A DNA stretch of 42,388 nt. Source: a virus. Below the pieces are notes generated by a model. It was not told the origin of the DNA and did not search any database. It worked only from the letters and a program-made list of their open reading frames with translations. The DNA is taken from UHGV virus genome UHGV-1353509. The stretch is one strand, 5' to 3'. Both the position numbers and the translations under genes were made by a program. Positions 27,065 to 35,643 of this stretch are shown here, in pieces; the first letter of the stretch is position 1, and every line of letters begins with the position of its first letter.

Positions 27065-27138
27065 TCGGACATAGCTCAGTCGGTTAGAGCAGCAGCCTTA
27101 TAAGCTGTGTGTCACGGGTTCGATTCCCGTTGTCCGGA
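27065..27138 (+). tRNA. tRNA-Ile with anticodon UAU (decodes AUA)
   Basis: Hand-folded: acceptor UCGGACA/UGUCCGG with U1-G72, D arm GCUC-AGUCGGUUA-GAGC, anticodon arm GCAGC-CUUAUAA-GCUGU, variable loop GUGUC, T arm ACGGG-UUCGAUU-CCCGU, discriminator A. No CCA encoded. Confidence 0.75.
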
Positions 27139-27300
27139 TTGTGGACTACTGCAAGTTTCATCCTTTGCTTATACATTTTTGATTGTGTACTTGGTTATTT
27201 TGGTTTTTTGTTGGCATTTGTAATTCTTTCAAGCAGTAGTCCTAAATTCTTAGCATCCAGAGATGGGTGCTTTTATTATGTTTTAAAGGTGGTGAGTCCT

Positions 27301-27870
27301 ATGACAGAAAAACAGAAAATATTTGCAGATGAGTACTTGATTGATCTAAATGCCACACGGGCTTACCGCGCGGCGTATAAGAGTGTGAAGAATGATGTAG
27401 TCGCAGCCACAAACGGAGGAAGATTGCTCAGAAATGCTCAGATTCAAACATATATTGCTGAACGAATGGAAGAACGGCAGAAACGAACGGAGATCACGCA
27501 GGACATGGTGCTACAGGAACTGGCTGCTATTGCTTTTTCCAAGGCTTCAGACTACGCGAAAGTAGTTGAGAAACAGGCTACAGCAGAAGTAGATGGAAAT
27601 ATTATTCCGCTCGTAGGAGAAGACGGAGAACCGATTCTGTATCGTACCGTAGAATTGGAGCTTACAGATAACCTTACTGAGGAACAGCAGCGAGCCCTCG
27701 GAACGATTAAAAAGGGGCGCGATGGATTGGAACAGAAGCCCTGCGACAAGGTAAAGGCGCTCGAGCTTCTCGGCAGGCATTTAGGTATGTGGAATGACAA
27801 GCTGGATGTAGCAGGAGATATGGACATGAAGATTGTAGTAGACTATGGTGATGAAGATGAAGGAAGTTAA
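27301..27870 (+). CDS. terS: Terminase small subunit
   Basis: MTEKQKIFADEYLIDLNATRAYRAAYK is the TerS N-terminal signature. RBS AAAGGTGGTGAG. The longer ORF-track start at 27109 overlaps the tRNA and is rejected. Confidence 0.8.
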   Translation: MTEKQKIFADEYLIDLNATRAYRAAYKSVKNDVVAATNGGRLLRNAQIQTYIAERMEERQKRTEITQDMVLQELAAIAFSKASDYAKVVEKQATAEVDGNIIPLVGEDGEPILYRTVELELTDNLTEEQQRALGTIKKGRDGLEQKPCDKVKALELLGRHLGMWNDKLDVAGDMDMKIVVDYGDEDEGS

Positions 27871-29113
27871 TGTTGGATTTAACAGAAATTTCAAAGAGTT
27901 CAATGAGTGCAAGAAACGATACCGACTGGCAAAAGGCTCTGCCGGTTCTGGGAAGTCAGTAAACATTGCACAGAATTTTATCATCAAACTTGGTGATCCG
28001 AAGTACAAAGGTGCGAATCTTCTGTGCGTCCGGAAAGTAGACACAACAAACAAAGATAGTACTTATGCGGAGTTGAAGAGTGCAATATACAAGATATACG
28101 GAGATAAGGCTGGATTATTCTGGCAGATCAGAAGCAATCCAATGGAGCTGATATCTAAAGTAACTGGAAATAAAATAATTTTCCGAGGAATGAAAGACGA
28201 TGGACAGCGAGAGAAAGTAAAGTCTATCACATTTGATGTCGGAAAATTAACATGGATATGGATTGAAGAAGCAACAGAACTATATGAAGCGGATGTCGAT
28301 ATTCTCGATGACCGACTCAGAGGCGACTTGTCATTCAATCCATTTTTGTATTATCAGATCACATTCAGCTTCAATCCGGTGTCAGCAACGCACTGGTTAA
28401 AAGCAAAGTATTTTGATATTAAGAGTGATGATGTATATACACACCAGTCTACGTACCTACAGAATCGGTTCATAGACGAAGCATATCACCGGCGCATGAT
28501 GATGCGTAAAGAGCGGGATCCGGATGGATATCGGATTTACGGACTTGGGGAATGGGGAGAGACCGGAGGTATTATCCTTACAAATTATGTGGTTGAGGAA
28601 TTCGATACATCCACAGAAAGATTCGATTACATGGTAAATTCACAGGACTTTGGATTCAACCATGCGAACTGTATCGGGGAGGTTGGATTCAAGGATGGAG
28701 ATATCTACTTATGTCGGGAATTGTATGTATTTGAAAAAGATACATCAGAGATCATACAGCTGGCCGAGGGAAAATTCCAGAAGCGAATTACCATGTATTG
28801 CGATTCTGCTGAGCCAGACAGGATTAAGATGTGGCAGAAAGCAGGATACAGAGCATGTCCGGTCAAGAAAGAGCCGAACAGTGTAAAAGCGCAGATTGAT
28901 TATCTGAAGCAGCACACGATCCACATTCATCCATCCTGTACAAACACAATTAAGGAGATCCAGCAGTGGAAATGGAAAAAGGATGAGAAAACGAATACTT
29001 TCACGGATGAGCCAGTGAATTTCTTTGATGATGCAATGGCAATGCTCAGATATTCTATTGAGCAAGAGAGAAAAGGTAAAGTGAAGTTAAAGACCTTTAG
29101 AGGAGGAATATAA
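27845..29113 (+). CDS. terL: Terminase large subunit (PBSX-family)
   Basis: Walker A KGSAGSGKS and the nuclease-domain acidic residues. Confidence 0.85.
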   Translation: MVMKMKEVNVGFNRNFKEFNECKKRYRLAKGSAGSGKSVNIAQNFIIKLGDPKYKGANLLCVRKVDTTNKDSTYAELKSAIYKIYGDKAGLFWQIRSNPMELISKVTGNKIIFRGMKDDGQREKVKSITFDVGKLTWIWIEEATELYEADVDILDDRLRGDLSFNPFLYYQITFSFNPVSATHWLKAKYFDIKSDDVYTHQSTYLQNRFIDEAYHRRMMMRKERDPDGYRIYGLGEWGETGGIILTNYVVEEFDTSTERFDYMVNSQDFGFNHANCIGEVGFKDGDIYLCRELYVFEKDTSEIIQLAEGKFQKRITMYCDSAEPDRIKMWQKAGYRACPVKKEPNSVKAQIDYLKQHTIHIHPSCTNTIKEIQQWKWKKDEKTNTFTDEPVNFFDDAMAMLRYSIEQERKGKVKLKTFRGGI

Positions 29114-29114
29114 A

Positions 29115-30473
29115 ATGAATGGGAAAAGACCATACAAACTGCCGGAACCGCTTTTATGTTCCGCTGATAAAGAAATCAATATGACATTGATAGACGAATA
29201 CATCAGAAAGCATGAAGAGCGAATACCAAGGTACAGATACCTTGAGAATCTATACAAAGGATTTCACGATGTATTCCGTCTTCCAGAAAAGGAGTCATGG
29301 AAGCCTGATAACCGGCTGGCAGTGAATTTCCCAAGGTATATCACAGAGACCTTTTTGGGATATGCTTATGGGATTCCGGTTAAAAAATCACATCCGGACG
29401 AAAAAATAAAAGAGGCGATCCTTGAATTTGACCGGGATAATGATATCTCCGACCAGGAATATGAGCTGGCGAAGAAGTGCTGTATCTATGGACATGCATT
29501 TGAATATTTTTACCAGGACGAAGAAGCAAAGACAAAGACAGTAGTCTGCAATCCAAAAGAACTGTTTGTTGTCTACGATGATACCGTAAAGAGCCGTGCA
29601 TTATTTGCTGTTAGATATGGAAAAAAGGACGATAATGTTACAAGGTATGGTGAGATACTTACAAGGACAGAAATCATCCAATTTGAGGGAGAAAAGATGC
29701 AGGAGGGCATGCCGAATCCTTACGGGCGTATTAACTGCGTGGAATACGTGCTGAACGATGAGAGAATCGGTCTGTATGAAGAAGTTGCCGGCATGGTAGA
29801 AACATACAACCGAGTGATCGGAGAAAAGGCGAACGATGTAGATTCTTTCGCAGAAGCGTATCTTGCAGTGCTTGGTGCAGAATTGGACGAGGAAGGCGTT
29901 TATAAAATTCGCGACAACCGGATTATAAACCTTTATGGTACAGATAACGCAAAAGATATTATCGTGCAGTTTCTTGGCAAACCTACGGCAGACGGAACAC
30001 AGGAAAATCTTTTGAATCGGCTTGAGGATTTGATTTATCAGACAAGTATGGTAGCGAACATCTCTGACGAATCTTTCGGAAATGCTTCTGGAACTTCCCT
30101 TGCATACAAATTACAGTCCATGAGCAATCTTGCGTTGACGTTCGACCGCAAAGTTGAAAAGTCCATGAGGAAACGATATAAGCTGTTTTGCTCTCTTGCA
30201 ACGAATGTGTCAGATCGGGATGCATGGAAAGATATTGATTTTACGATGAGCAGAAATATCCCGAAGAATCTCTTGGAGGAAGCGCAGACAGCACAGGCGC
30301 TTGAAAGCATCGTGTCCAAGGAAACACAGCTGCAGGTTCTCTCGATCGTCAAGGATGTTTCAGAGGAGATTGATCGGATGGAGAAAGAGGACAAAAAGAA
30401 GCAGGAAACAATCGTAGAGAAGCGGATGTTCGGAGGCGCGGAAGATGAGCAGTCAGGAGTATTGGAAGAATAG
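29115..30473 (+). CDS. Portal protein (SPP1 gp6-like)
   Basis: 452 aa directly after terL. Typical portal pattern YRYLENLYKG... Confidence 0.8.
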   Translation: MNGKRPYKLPEPLLCSADKEINMTLIDEYIRKHEERIPRYRYLENLYKGFHDVFRLPEKESWKPDNRLAVNFPRYITETFLGYAYGIPVKKSHPDEKIKEAILEFDRDNDISDQEYELAKKCCIYGHAFEYFYQDEEAKTKTVVCNPKELFVVYDDTVKSRALFAVRYGKKDDNVTRYGEILTRTEIIQFEGEKMQEGMPNPYGRINCVEYVLNDERIGLYEEVAGMVETYNRVIGEKANDVDSFAEAYLAVLGAELDEEGVYKIRDNRIINLYGTDNAKDIIVQFLGKPTADGTQENLLNRLEDLIYQTSMVANISDESFGNASGTSLAYKLQSMSNLALTFDRKVEKSMRKRYKLFCSLATNVSDRDAWKDIDFTMSRNIPKNLLEEAQTAQALESIVSKETQLQVLSIVKDVSEEIDRMEKEDKKKQETIVEKRMFGGAEDEQSGVLEE

Positions 30474-31725
30474 AGAAGAGGAGCAGCGGAAGAAAAACAT
30501 TAGGGACGAAGCTGAATATACGAAAGAGATTGAGAAGATCTATGTGAACATGATGGATGAAATTCAGAAAGAAATTAATGGATTCTATACACGTTATGCA
30601 AAAGCAGAAGGGATCACAATCGCAGAGGCAAAAAAGCGGGTATCCAAAATGGACATTGATGCGTACAGTCGAAAGGCAGATCAGTATGTAAAGAATAAGG
30701 ATTTTTCAAAAGAAGCCAATGAGGAGATGCGACTCTATAACGCAGCTATGAAGATTAATCGACTGGAAATGCTTAAAGCAAATATCGGAATGCATCTTGT
30801 TGGTGGGTTTGATGAGCTCCAGAAGTATTTTGATGAGATTCTTACGGAGAAAACACTGGAAGAATTTGAAAGGCAGGCAGGTATCTTAGGGGAATCCATT
30901 CAGAACAATGCGAAGATGGCACATTCGATCGTGAACGCTTCTTTCCACAATGCGAGATACTCAGACCGTATTTGGATGTATCAAGATATGCTGAAAACTG
31001 AATTGTCGAAGCTATTACAGACTGGTTTGATACAGGGTAAGAATCCGAGAACACTGGCAAGGCACCTTACCAAACTGTTTGGAGTAAGCCGGGAAAATGC
31101 AGAGCGACTGATGATAACGGAGCTGTCGAGAGTGCAGGCAGAAGCGCAGAAACAGTCTTATATCCGCAATGGATTTGATGAGTATGAGTTTATCGCAGAA
31201 CCTACCGCCTGTCCGATCTGTAGATCGTTGGACGGAAAACATTTTAAAGTATCAAAAATGATGCCTGGAGAAAATGCGCATCCAATGCATCCTAATTGTC
31301 ATTGCAGTACAGCAGCATATATGGATGATAAAGAGTATCGAGAATGGCTGGATGGATATTCCGAACATGGAATGGATTTTGAAACTTGGAAGAAGAGGGT
31401 TGAAAAGAAATCTACGTTTGATATAATAAAGGCAGATAAAACTGTCAGCGGACATTCCGGTACTCCTAAAATGGCAGAGGCGGGAATGGTAATAGACCAT
31501 ATTGGAAAAGATGGGAAAGTAGATGTAAGAGCTTTTTACGGAGAGTCAAAATTAAAATATAAAGATATCCATACAACTGCGCATGGGAATCCCAAGCAGC
31601 ATCCTTATGGAGAACATGGGGAACACGTACATGATTATACATGGGGAGATGATGGTAGACTGAAGAATAAGACAACTCGCGAATTAAGCAAAGAGGAAAG
31701 AAAGGAGAATGGCGATATATTATGA
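30445..31725 (+). CDS. Minor head protein with a MuF / SPP1 gp7 domain and a 125-aa His-rich C-terminal extension
   Basis: MuF core ends at ...CPICRSLDGKHFKV...HPNCHCSTAAY. The extension carries HTTAHGNPKQHPYGEHGEHVHDY. Confidence 0.75.
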   Translation: MSSQEYWKNREEEQRKKNIRDEAEYTKEIEKIYVNMMDEIQKEINGFYTRYAKAEGITIAEAKKRVSKMDIDAYSRKADQYVKNKDFSKEANEEMRLYNAAMKINRLEMLKANIGMHLVGGFDELQKYFDEILTEKTLEEFERQAGILGESIQNNAKMAHSIVNASFHNARYSDRIWMYQDMLKTELSKLLQTGLIQGKNPRTLARHLTKLFGVSRENAERLMITELSRVQAEAQKQSYIRNGFDEYEFIAEPTACPICRSLDGKHFKVSKMMPGENAHPMHPNCHCSTAAYMDDKEYREWLDGYSEHGMDFETWKKRVEKKSTFDIIKADKTVSGHSGTPKMAEAGMVIDHIGKDGKVDVRAFYGESKLKYKDIHTTAHGNPKQHPYGEHGEHVHDYTWGDDGRLKNKTTRELSKEERKENGDIL

Positions 31726-31961
31726 ATAAAGATGAATTAAGACAAATTTTATCTGAGTGTTGCAATGATATTTCTTTCTTTTACAAAGGATTGGCATCGG
31801 GAGTGACAGTTGAAGTCAGAGATTACATTCCAACGTATCAAGCGTGGCATGGTGATGATACGAAAGAGTATGATAATGTAGATGAGGTTATGAATGATAA
31901 ATTTTATAGCGGAAAATCATTAAACGATCTAGTAAAAGAAGTAGAAATTGATGCAATGTAA
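31722..31961 (+). CDS. Small protein (79 aa) translationally coupled to the MuF gene; candidate immunity protein
   Basis: ATGA overlap with the MuF stop. Followed by a terminator. Confidence 0.5.
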   Translation: MNKDELRQILSECCNDISFFYKGLASGVTVEVRDYIPTYQAWHGDDTKEYDNVDEVMNDKFYSGKSLNDLVKEVEIDAM

Positions 31962-31963
31962 TA

Positions 31964-31993
31964 CCATCGGTCGAGCGGGCTGGTGGTTTTTTT
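31964..31993 (+). terminator. Rho-independent terminator (CCAUCGG / CUGGUGG stem with two G-U pairs, 9-nt loop, U7)
   Basis: Immediately after the stop at 31961. Confidence 0.55.
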
Positions 31994-32017
31994 ATACCTA
32001 TTTTTAAGGAAGGAAGC

Positions 32018-32335
32018 GTGAATGATATGAGCATACCAGAGAAAGTAAAAGTTTTATATAAAGAATATACAGTAGAAGAACAACAGAATCTACATGATGA
32101 AGAAGGCGATTTGTATGGGCTGATACAGTATCTCCCAGAGAAAATCGTCCTGAATGCAGATGCGTCAGAAGAACAGAAAAAATCGACTTTAGTACATGAA
32201 TTGTTGCATGCACTTGATGAAATGTACAGTATTGAACTGGAAGAGAAGCAGGTTGAGAAACTTGGAAATGCGTTGTATATGCTACATTGCGATAATCCAC
32301 AATTGTTTCACGCCGAAGGGGGCGATAACGATTGA
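32018..32335 (+). CDS. Small HExxH-motif protein (105 aa; VHELLHAL), putative minimal zinc metallopeptidase
   Basis: HELLH with a downstream E. TGA overlaps the Prp start. Confidence 0.5.
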   Translation: MNDMSIPEKVKVLYKEYTVEEQQNLHDEEGDLYGLIQYLPEKIVLNADASEEQKKSTLVHELLHALDEMYSIELEEKQVEKLGNALYMLHCDNPQLFHAEGGDND

Positions 32336-32619
32336 TTGAGGTAAGAATTCGACCAGAGCGAATCGAAATCTCTGGACACGCCGGGTACGCAGAACCTGGA
32401 AAAGACATTGTTTGTGCTGGCGTTACGGCGCTTACGCAGACGCTGATCCAGTCGATTGATGACTTAACGGATGATGAAATAGAATACAGAATATCTCCCG
32501 GAAAGGCTGAGATAGAATACAGGAATCTGTCAGAGAAATCAAAAACTCTGGTGGATTCCTTTTTCGTTGGCATTCGCTTGATTGCCGATGAGTTTCCGGA
32601 TTATGTAGCAATTATGTAA
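32332..32619 (+). CDS. prp: Prp-like cysteine protease (DUF464; homologue of the ribosomal L27 N-terminal processing protease)
   Basis: GHAGYAEPGKDIVCAGVTAL carries the His/Cys dyad signature. TTG start with SD GAAGGGGG. Confidence 0.8.
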   Translation: MIEVRIRPERIEISGHAGYAEPGKDIVCAGVTALTQTLIQSIDDLTDDEIEYRISPGKAEIEYRNLSEKSKTLVDSFFVGIRLIADEFPDYVAIM

Positions 32620-32701
32620 TTCGCGCCCAAGTCTTGAAGGCGTAAAAAGCTAGGGAAAAGGACCATGAAGAATGTCATTAAACTTTTAGGAGGTAAAGAA
32701 A

Positions 32702-33277
32702 ATGAAGAGCAGGATGTTTAGAATGCTGCAGTTATTTGCAGAAGAAACCGTAGATCACACAGCAGAACCTGATGCGGTGAAAGATAGTGTTAATCCGGAA
32801 AACACATCTGATGATAGCGGGGAAGAAAAAAAGTACACAGACAAGGATGTGGATGCGATTGTAAACAAAAGATTCGCAAAATGGAAAACTGAGCAGGAAC
32901 AGGCGGTAAAGAGTGCTAAGGAAGAGGCAGAAAAGCTGGCAAAAATGAATGCTGAGCAGAAACAGAATTACGAGATCGAGAAGTTGCAAAAAGAGAATGA
33001 AAAACTGAAGCAGGAGGCTGCAAAGGTTGAGCTTAGCAGAAGCGCCACAGGCATTCTTGCAGAAAAAGGAATTGAAGCAACGCAGGATGTTCTTGATTTT
33101 GTTGTAGGGAATGACGCTGATGATACGAATGCAAAAATTGATAAGCTTGTAAAAATCGTGGAATCCCAGCTTAAGAAAGCCGAGATCGCCAGAGCAACCG
33201 GAACTACACCAAAAACCATGACGAACTCAGGAAGCCAGTTGTCTGAATTTGAAAAGAGACTTGCAAAGTATAAATAA
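32702..33277 (+). CDS. Scaffolding protein with an N-terminal Prp-cleavable leader (MKSRMFRMLQLFA|EE)
   Basis: Coiled-coil-rich and acidic. LQLFA motif. RBS TTAGGAGGT. Confidence 0.75.
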   Translation: MKSRMFRMLQLFAEETVDHTAEPDAVKDSVNPENTSDDSGEEKKYTDKDVDAIVNKRFAKWKTEQEQAVKSAKEEAEKLAKMNAEQKQNYEIEKLQKENEKLKQEAAKVELSRSATGILAEKGIEATQDVLDFVVGNDADDTNAKIDKLVKIVESQLKKAEIARATGTTPKTMTNSGSQLSEFEKRLAKYK

Positions 33278-33290
33278 GGAGAATGTGAAG

Positions 33291-34211
33291 ATGAAGAACA
33301 GAGAATTTATGATGTTACAGTTATTTGCGGCAGGAGACAACAATGATATGCCGGTAAGAAGCTACCAGCTTGAGTTTAAAAGTCTTTTGCAGGCAGTATT
33401 TAAAAAGATGTCCTATTTCGCGGATTTTTTCGGCGGCGAAATTGAGGCACTTGATGGTGTTAGAGAGAATGAAACGGCCTTTTATGTAAAGACATCGGAT
33501 ATCCCGGTTGTAGTGGGAACTGGGTACGATAAGACAGCTACGAAAGCGTTCGGAACAGGAACAGGAAGCTCTAGCCGTTTCGGTGAGAGAAAAGAGATTA
33601 TCTACGCAAACACACCGGTTAATTATTCTTGGGAATGGAATTTCCATGAAGGAATTGACCGACACACCGTAAATAATGATTTTGACGTTGCGGTAGCAGA
33701 TCGCTTGGAACTGCAGGCGAGGGCTAAGACAAAGAAGTTTAACAAGCAGCACGGAAAATTTATTTCCACATCTGCAGGAAAAACTTTAAGTGTTACTGAT
33801 TATACGGCAGACAATGTATTAAAGCTGTTTAATGAGCTGTCTAAGTATTTTAATAACATCGAAGCAGTTGGAACGAAAAAAATTAAGGTTTGTTCCGATC
33901 TGTACAATGCCGTCGTGGATCATCCTTTGAATACGACTGCTAAAAACTCCACTGTAAACATTGATGGCAATGAGGTTGTGAAGTTCAAGGGATTCCTTGT
34001 AGAGGAGATTCCGGATGAATTATTCCAGTCTAAAGAATGCGCCTATGCTTATATCGCAGGAGTTGGTAAGGCGTTTACTGGAATCAACACGGCAAGAACA
34101 ATCGAATCAGAAGATTTTGACGGCGTAGCTTTACAGGGTGCCGGTAGAGCCGGAGAGTTTATCTTAAACGATAACAAAAAGGCGGTAGTAAAAGTGACAG
34201 TGGGGGAATAG
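33291..34211 (+). CDS. Major capsid protein (HK97 fold, 80alpha-like) with an N-terminal leader MKNREFMMLQLFA|AG
   Basis: Start set at the ATG with RBS AAGGAGAATG. The ORF-track start at 33249 lies inside the scaffold gene. Confidence 0.8.
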   Translation: MKNREFMMLQLFAAGDNNDMPVRSYQLEFKSLLQAVFKKMSYFADFFGGEIEALDGVRENETAFYVKTSDIPVVVGTGYDKTATKAFGTGTGSSSRFGERKEIIYANTPVNYSWEWNFHEGIDRHTVNNDFDVAVADRLELQARAKTKKFNKQHGKFISTSAGKTLSVTDYTADNVLKLFNELSKYFNNIEAVGTKKIKVCSDLYNAVVDHPLNTTAKNSTVNIDGNEVVKFKGFLVEEIPDELFQSKECAYAYIAGVGKAFTGINTARTIESEDFDGVALQGAGRAGEFILNDNKKAVVKVTVGE

Positions 34212-34282
34212 CACCCCCTGAAGACCTCGCCTTGGTAGGCAGGGGGAAGATTGGAAAGGCAAAAGTAGGAAAAGCAAAATAG
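34202..34282 (+). other. -1 frame C-terminal extension of the major capsid protein (GGIAPPEDLALVGRGKIGKAKVGKAK), reached by slippage on GGGGG at 34202-34206
   Basis: See findings. The -1 frame is open to TAG 34280-34282. Stimulatory hairpin CCCCCUG (34214-20) / CAGGGGG (34240-46). Confidence 0.6.
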
Positions 34283-34294
34283 GAGGTATGAGTT

Positions 34295-34624
34295 ATGGCA
34301 TATACACCAACTACATGGAATGACGGCGACGTTATTACAGCAGAGAAACTGAATAAGTTAGAGCAGGGCGTGAAGAATGAGCAGGTTGGACCAGCAGGAC
34401 CAGCAGGACCAGCAGGTCCAAAAGGCGAAAAAGGCGATCCGGGTGCGCAGGGACCTGCTGGAACAAGTTACACTCTTCCAGCAGCAAACAAGACAACGCT
34501 TGGTGGCGTAAAACAGATGGCTTTGATTGCAGATTTGTCCACAGAAACAGGGGCTGATTTAAAAAATAAAATCAATGCAATTCTTGCTGAAATGAAAAAA
34601 CAGGGTATCATGGCGAATTCGTAA
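34295..34624 (+). CDS. Small collagen-like repeat protein (GPAGPAGPAGPKGEKGDPGAQGPAG); candidate head fibre or decoration protein
   Basis: RBS ATAGGAGGT. 8 G-X-Y triplets. Confidence 0.6.
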   Translation: MAYTPTTWNDGDVITAEKLNKLEQGVKNEQVGPAGPAGPAGPKGEKGDPGAQGPAGTSYTLPAANKTTLGGVKQMALIADLSTETGADLKNKINAILAEMKKQGIMANS

Positions 34625-34638
34625 GGAGTTGAAATTGA

Positions 34639-34959
34639 ATGCTGGATGATTTAAAAAAACTTCTTGGAATCGAGGATGATTCTCTTGATCAGAAACTGGA
34701 GTTGATACTCAGATCTGTGCAGGGGCGCCTAAAGCTCCTGCTCGGAGGAATTGAAGTACCGGAGGAAATGAATCATATCGTTGTGGAAGTGGCGGTGATC
34801 CGGTTTAATCGTTTGGGGTCCGAGGGGATGTCTTCCCACAATGTCGAGGGCGAGAACACGTCCTACAATGACAACGATTTTGATGGATTTATGAATGAGA
34901 TACATGCTTTTTTAGATTCGCAGAAGGAATCAAAACGAGGAATGGTGAGATTTATTTGA
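34639..34959 (+). CDS. Head-tail connector (gp6-like adaptor)
   Basis: MLDDLKKLLGIEDDSLDQKLELIL... is typical of the Phage_connect_1 family. Confidence 0.7.
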   Translation: MLDDLKKLLGIEDDSLDQKLELILRSVQGRLKLLLGGIEVPEEMNHIVVEVAVIRFNRLGSEGMSSHNVEGENTSYNDNDFDGFMNEIHAFLDSQKESKRGMVRFI

Positions 34960-35270
34960 GATGTGATACAGAGGTATTCTTCCAGTCGATCACGACCGGA
35001 GAATATGATGAGTCTACCGGAGATTATGAAGAAGATAAGATCACGGAAGAAAAAAAGTATGCCAGTGTTACAGATACCGGCACGGATACGATGAATCTTG
35101 TGTACGGTGATATAAAGCAGGGAAGTAAGACAGTGCGCTTGCAGATGCACTATAAAAAGCCGTTCGACCGTATCCGGATAGGCAATGTCCTATACAGAGT
35201 GGATTTTGAACGAAAACTGCGAACAAAGCACGTGTTTGTAGTATCGGAGGTGCAAAGTGGCAGAAATTAA
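34956..35270 (+). CDS. Head closure / head-tail joining protein
   Basis: Position and size. TTG start overlapping the previous stop. Confidence 0.55.
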   Translation: MRCDTEVFFQSITTGEYDESTGDYEEDKITEEKKYASVTDTGTDTMNLVYGDIKQGSKTVRLQMHYKKPFDRIRIGNVLYRVDFERKLRTKHVFVVSEVQSGRN

Positions 35271-35640
35271 ATTTGAGGGAATCGCAAAGCTGAATAAAGG
35301 TTTGAAGAAGCGGATGGATATGGGGAAGTTAAAATCTACCGTAAAAAAGAACGGCTCTGCTATGGAATCAAGGGCGAAAAGAAACGCAGTATTCAAGGGA
35401 CATTACGCATGGGAAGAAGGAAAAGGCATGGTATTCAAAAAGCCGACAGGGAATTTGAAACGGAGTATAGGTTTAGAAATATCTCCGAATGGACTGAAGG
35501 CTACTGTGGAACCGAAGGCAGAGTATGCTGCTTATGTAGAATTAGGCACTCGTAAGATGGAAGCCCAACCCTATTTAAAACCCGCATTTGAGGAGCAAAA
35601 GAAACAGTTTGAAAAAGATTTGCAAAAGCTTGTGAGGTGA
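35257..35640 (+). CDS. HK97 gp10-family tail-completion protein
   Basis: ...YAAYVELGTRKMEAQPYLKPA... is the family signature. Confidence 0.7.
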   Translation: MAEIKFEGIAKLNKGLKKRMDMGKLKSTVKKNGSAMESRAKRNAVFKGHYAWEEGKGMVFKKPTGNLKRSIGLEISPNGLKATVEPKAEYAAYVELGTRKMEAQPYLKPAFEEQKKQFEKDLQKLVR

Positions 35641-35643
35641 GAC

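Noticed and set aside
27109-27300. Long N-terminal extension of the terS ORF
   Set aside because: Overlaps the tRNA and has no RBS. A strong RBS and the conserved TerS N-terminus occur at 27301.
32004-32573. 189-aa minus-strand ORF
   Set aside because: Antisense to the HExxH and Prp genes in an otherwise uniformly plus-strand late operon.
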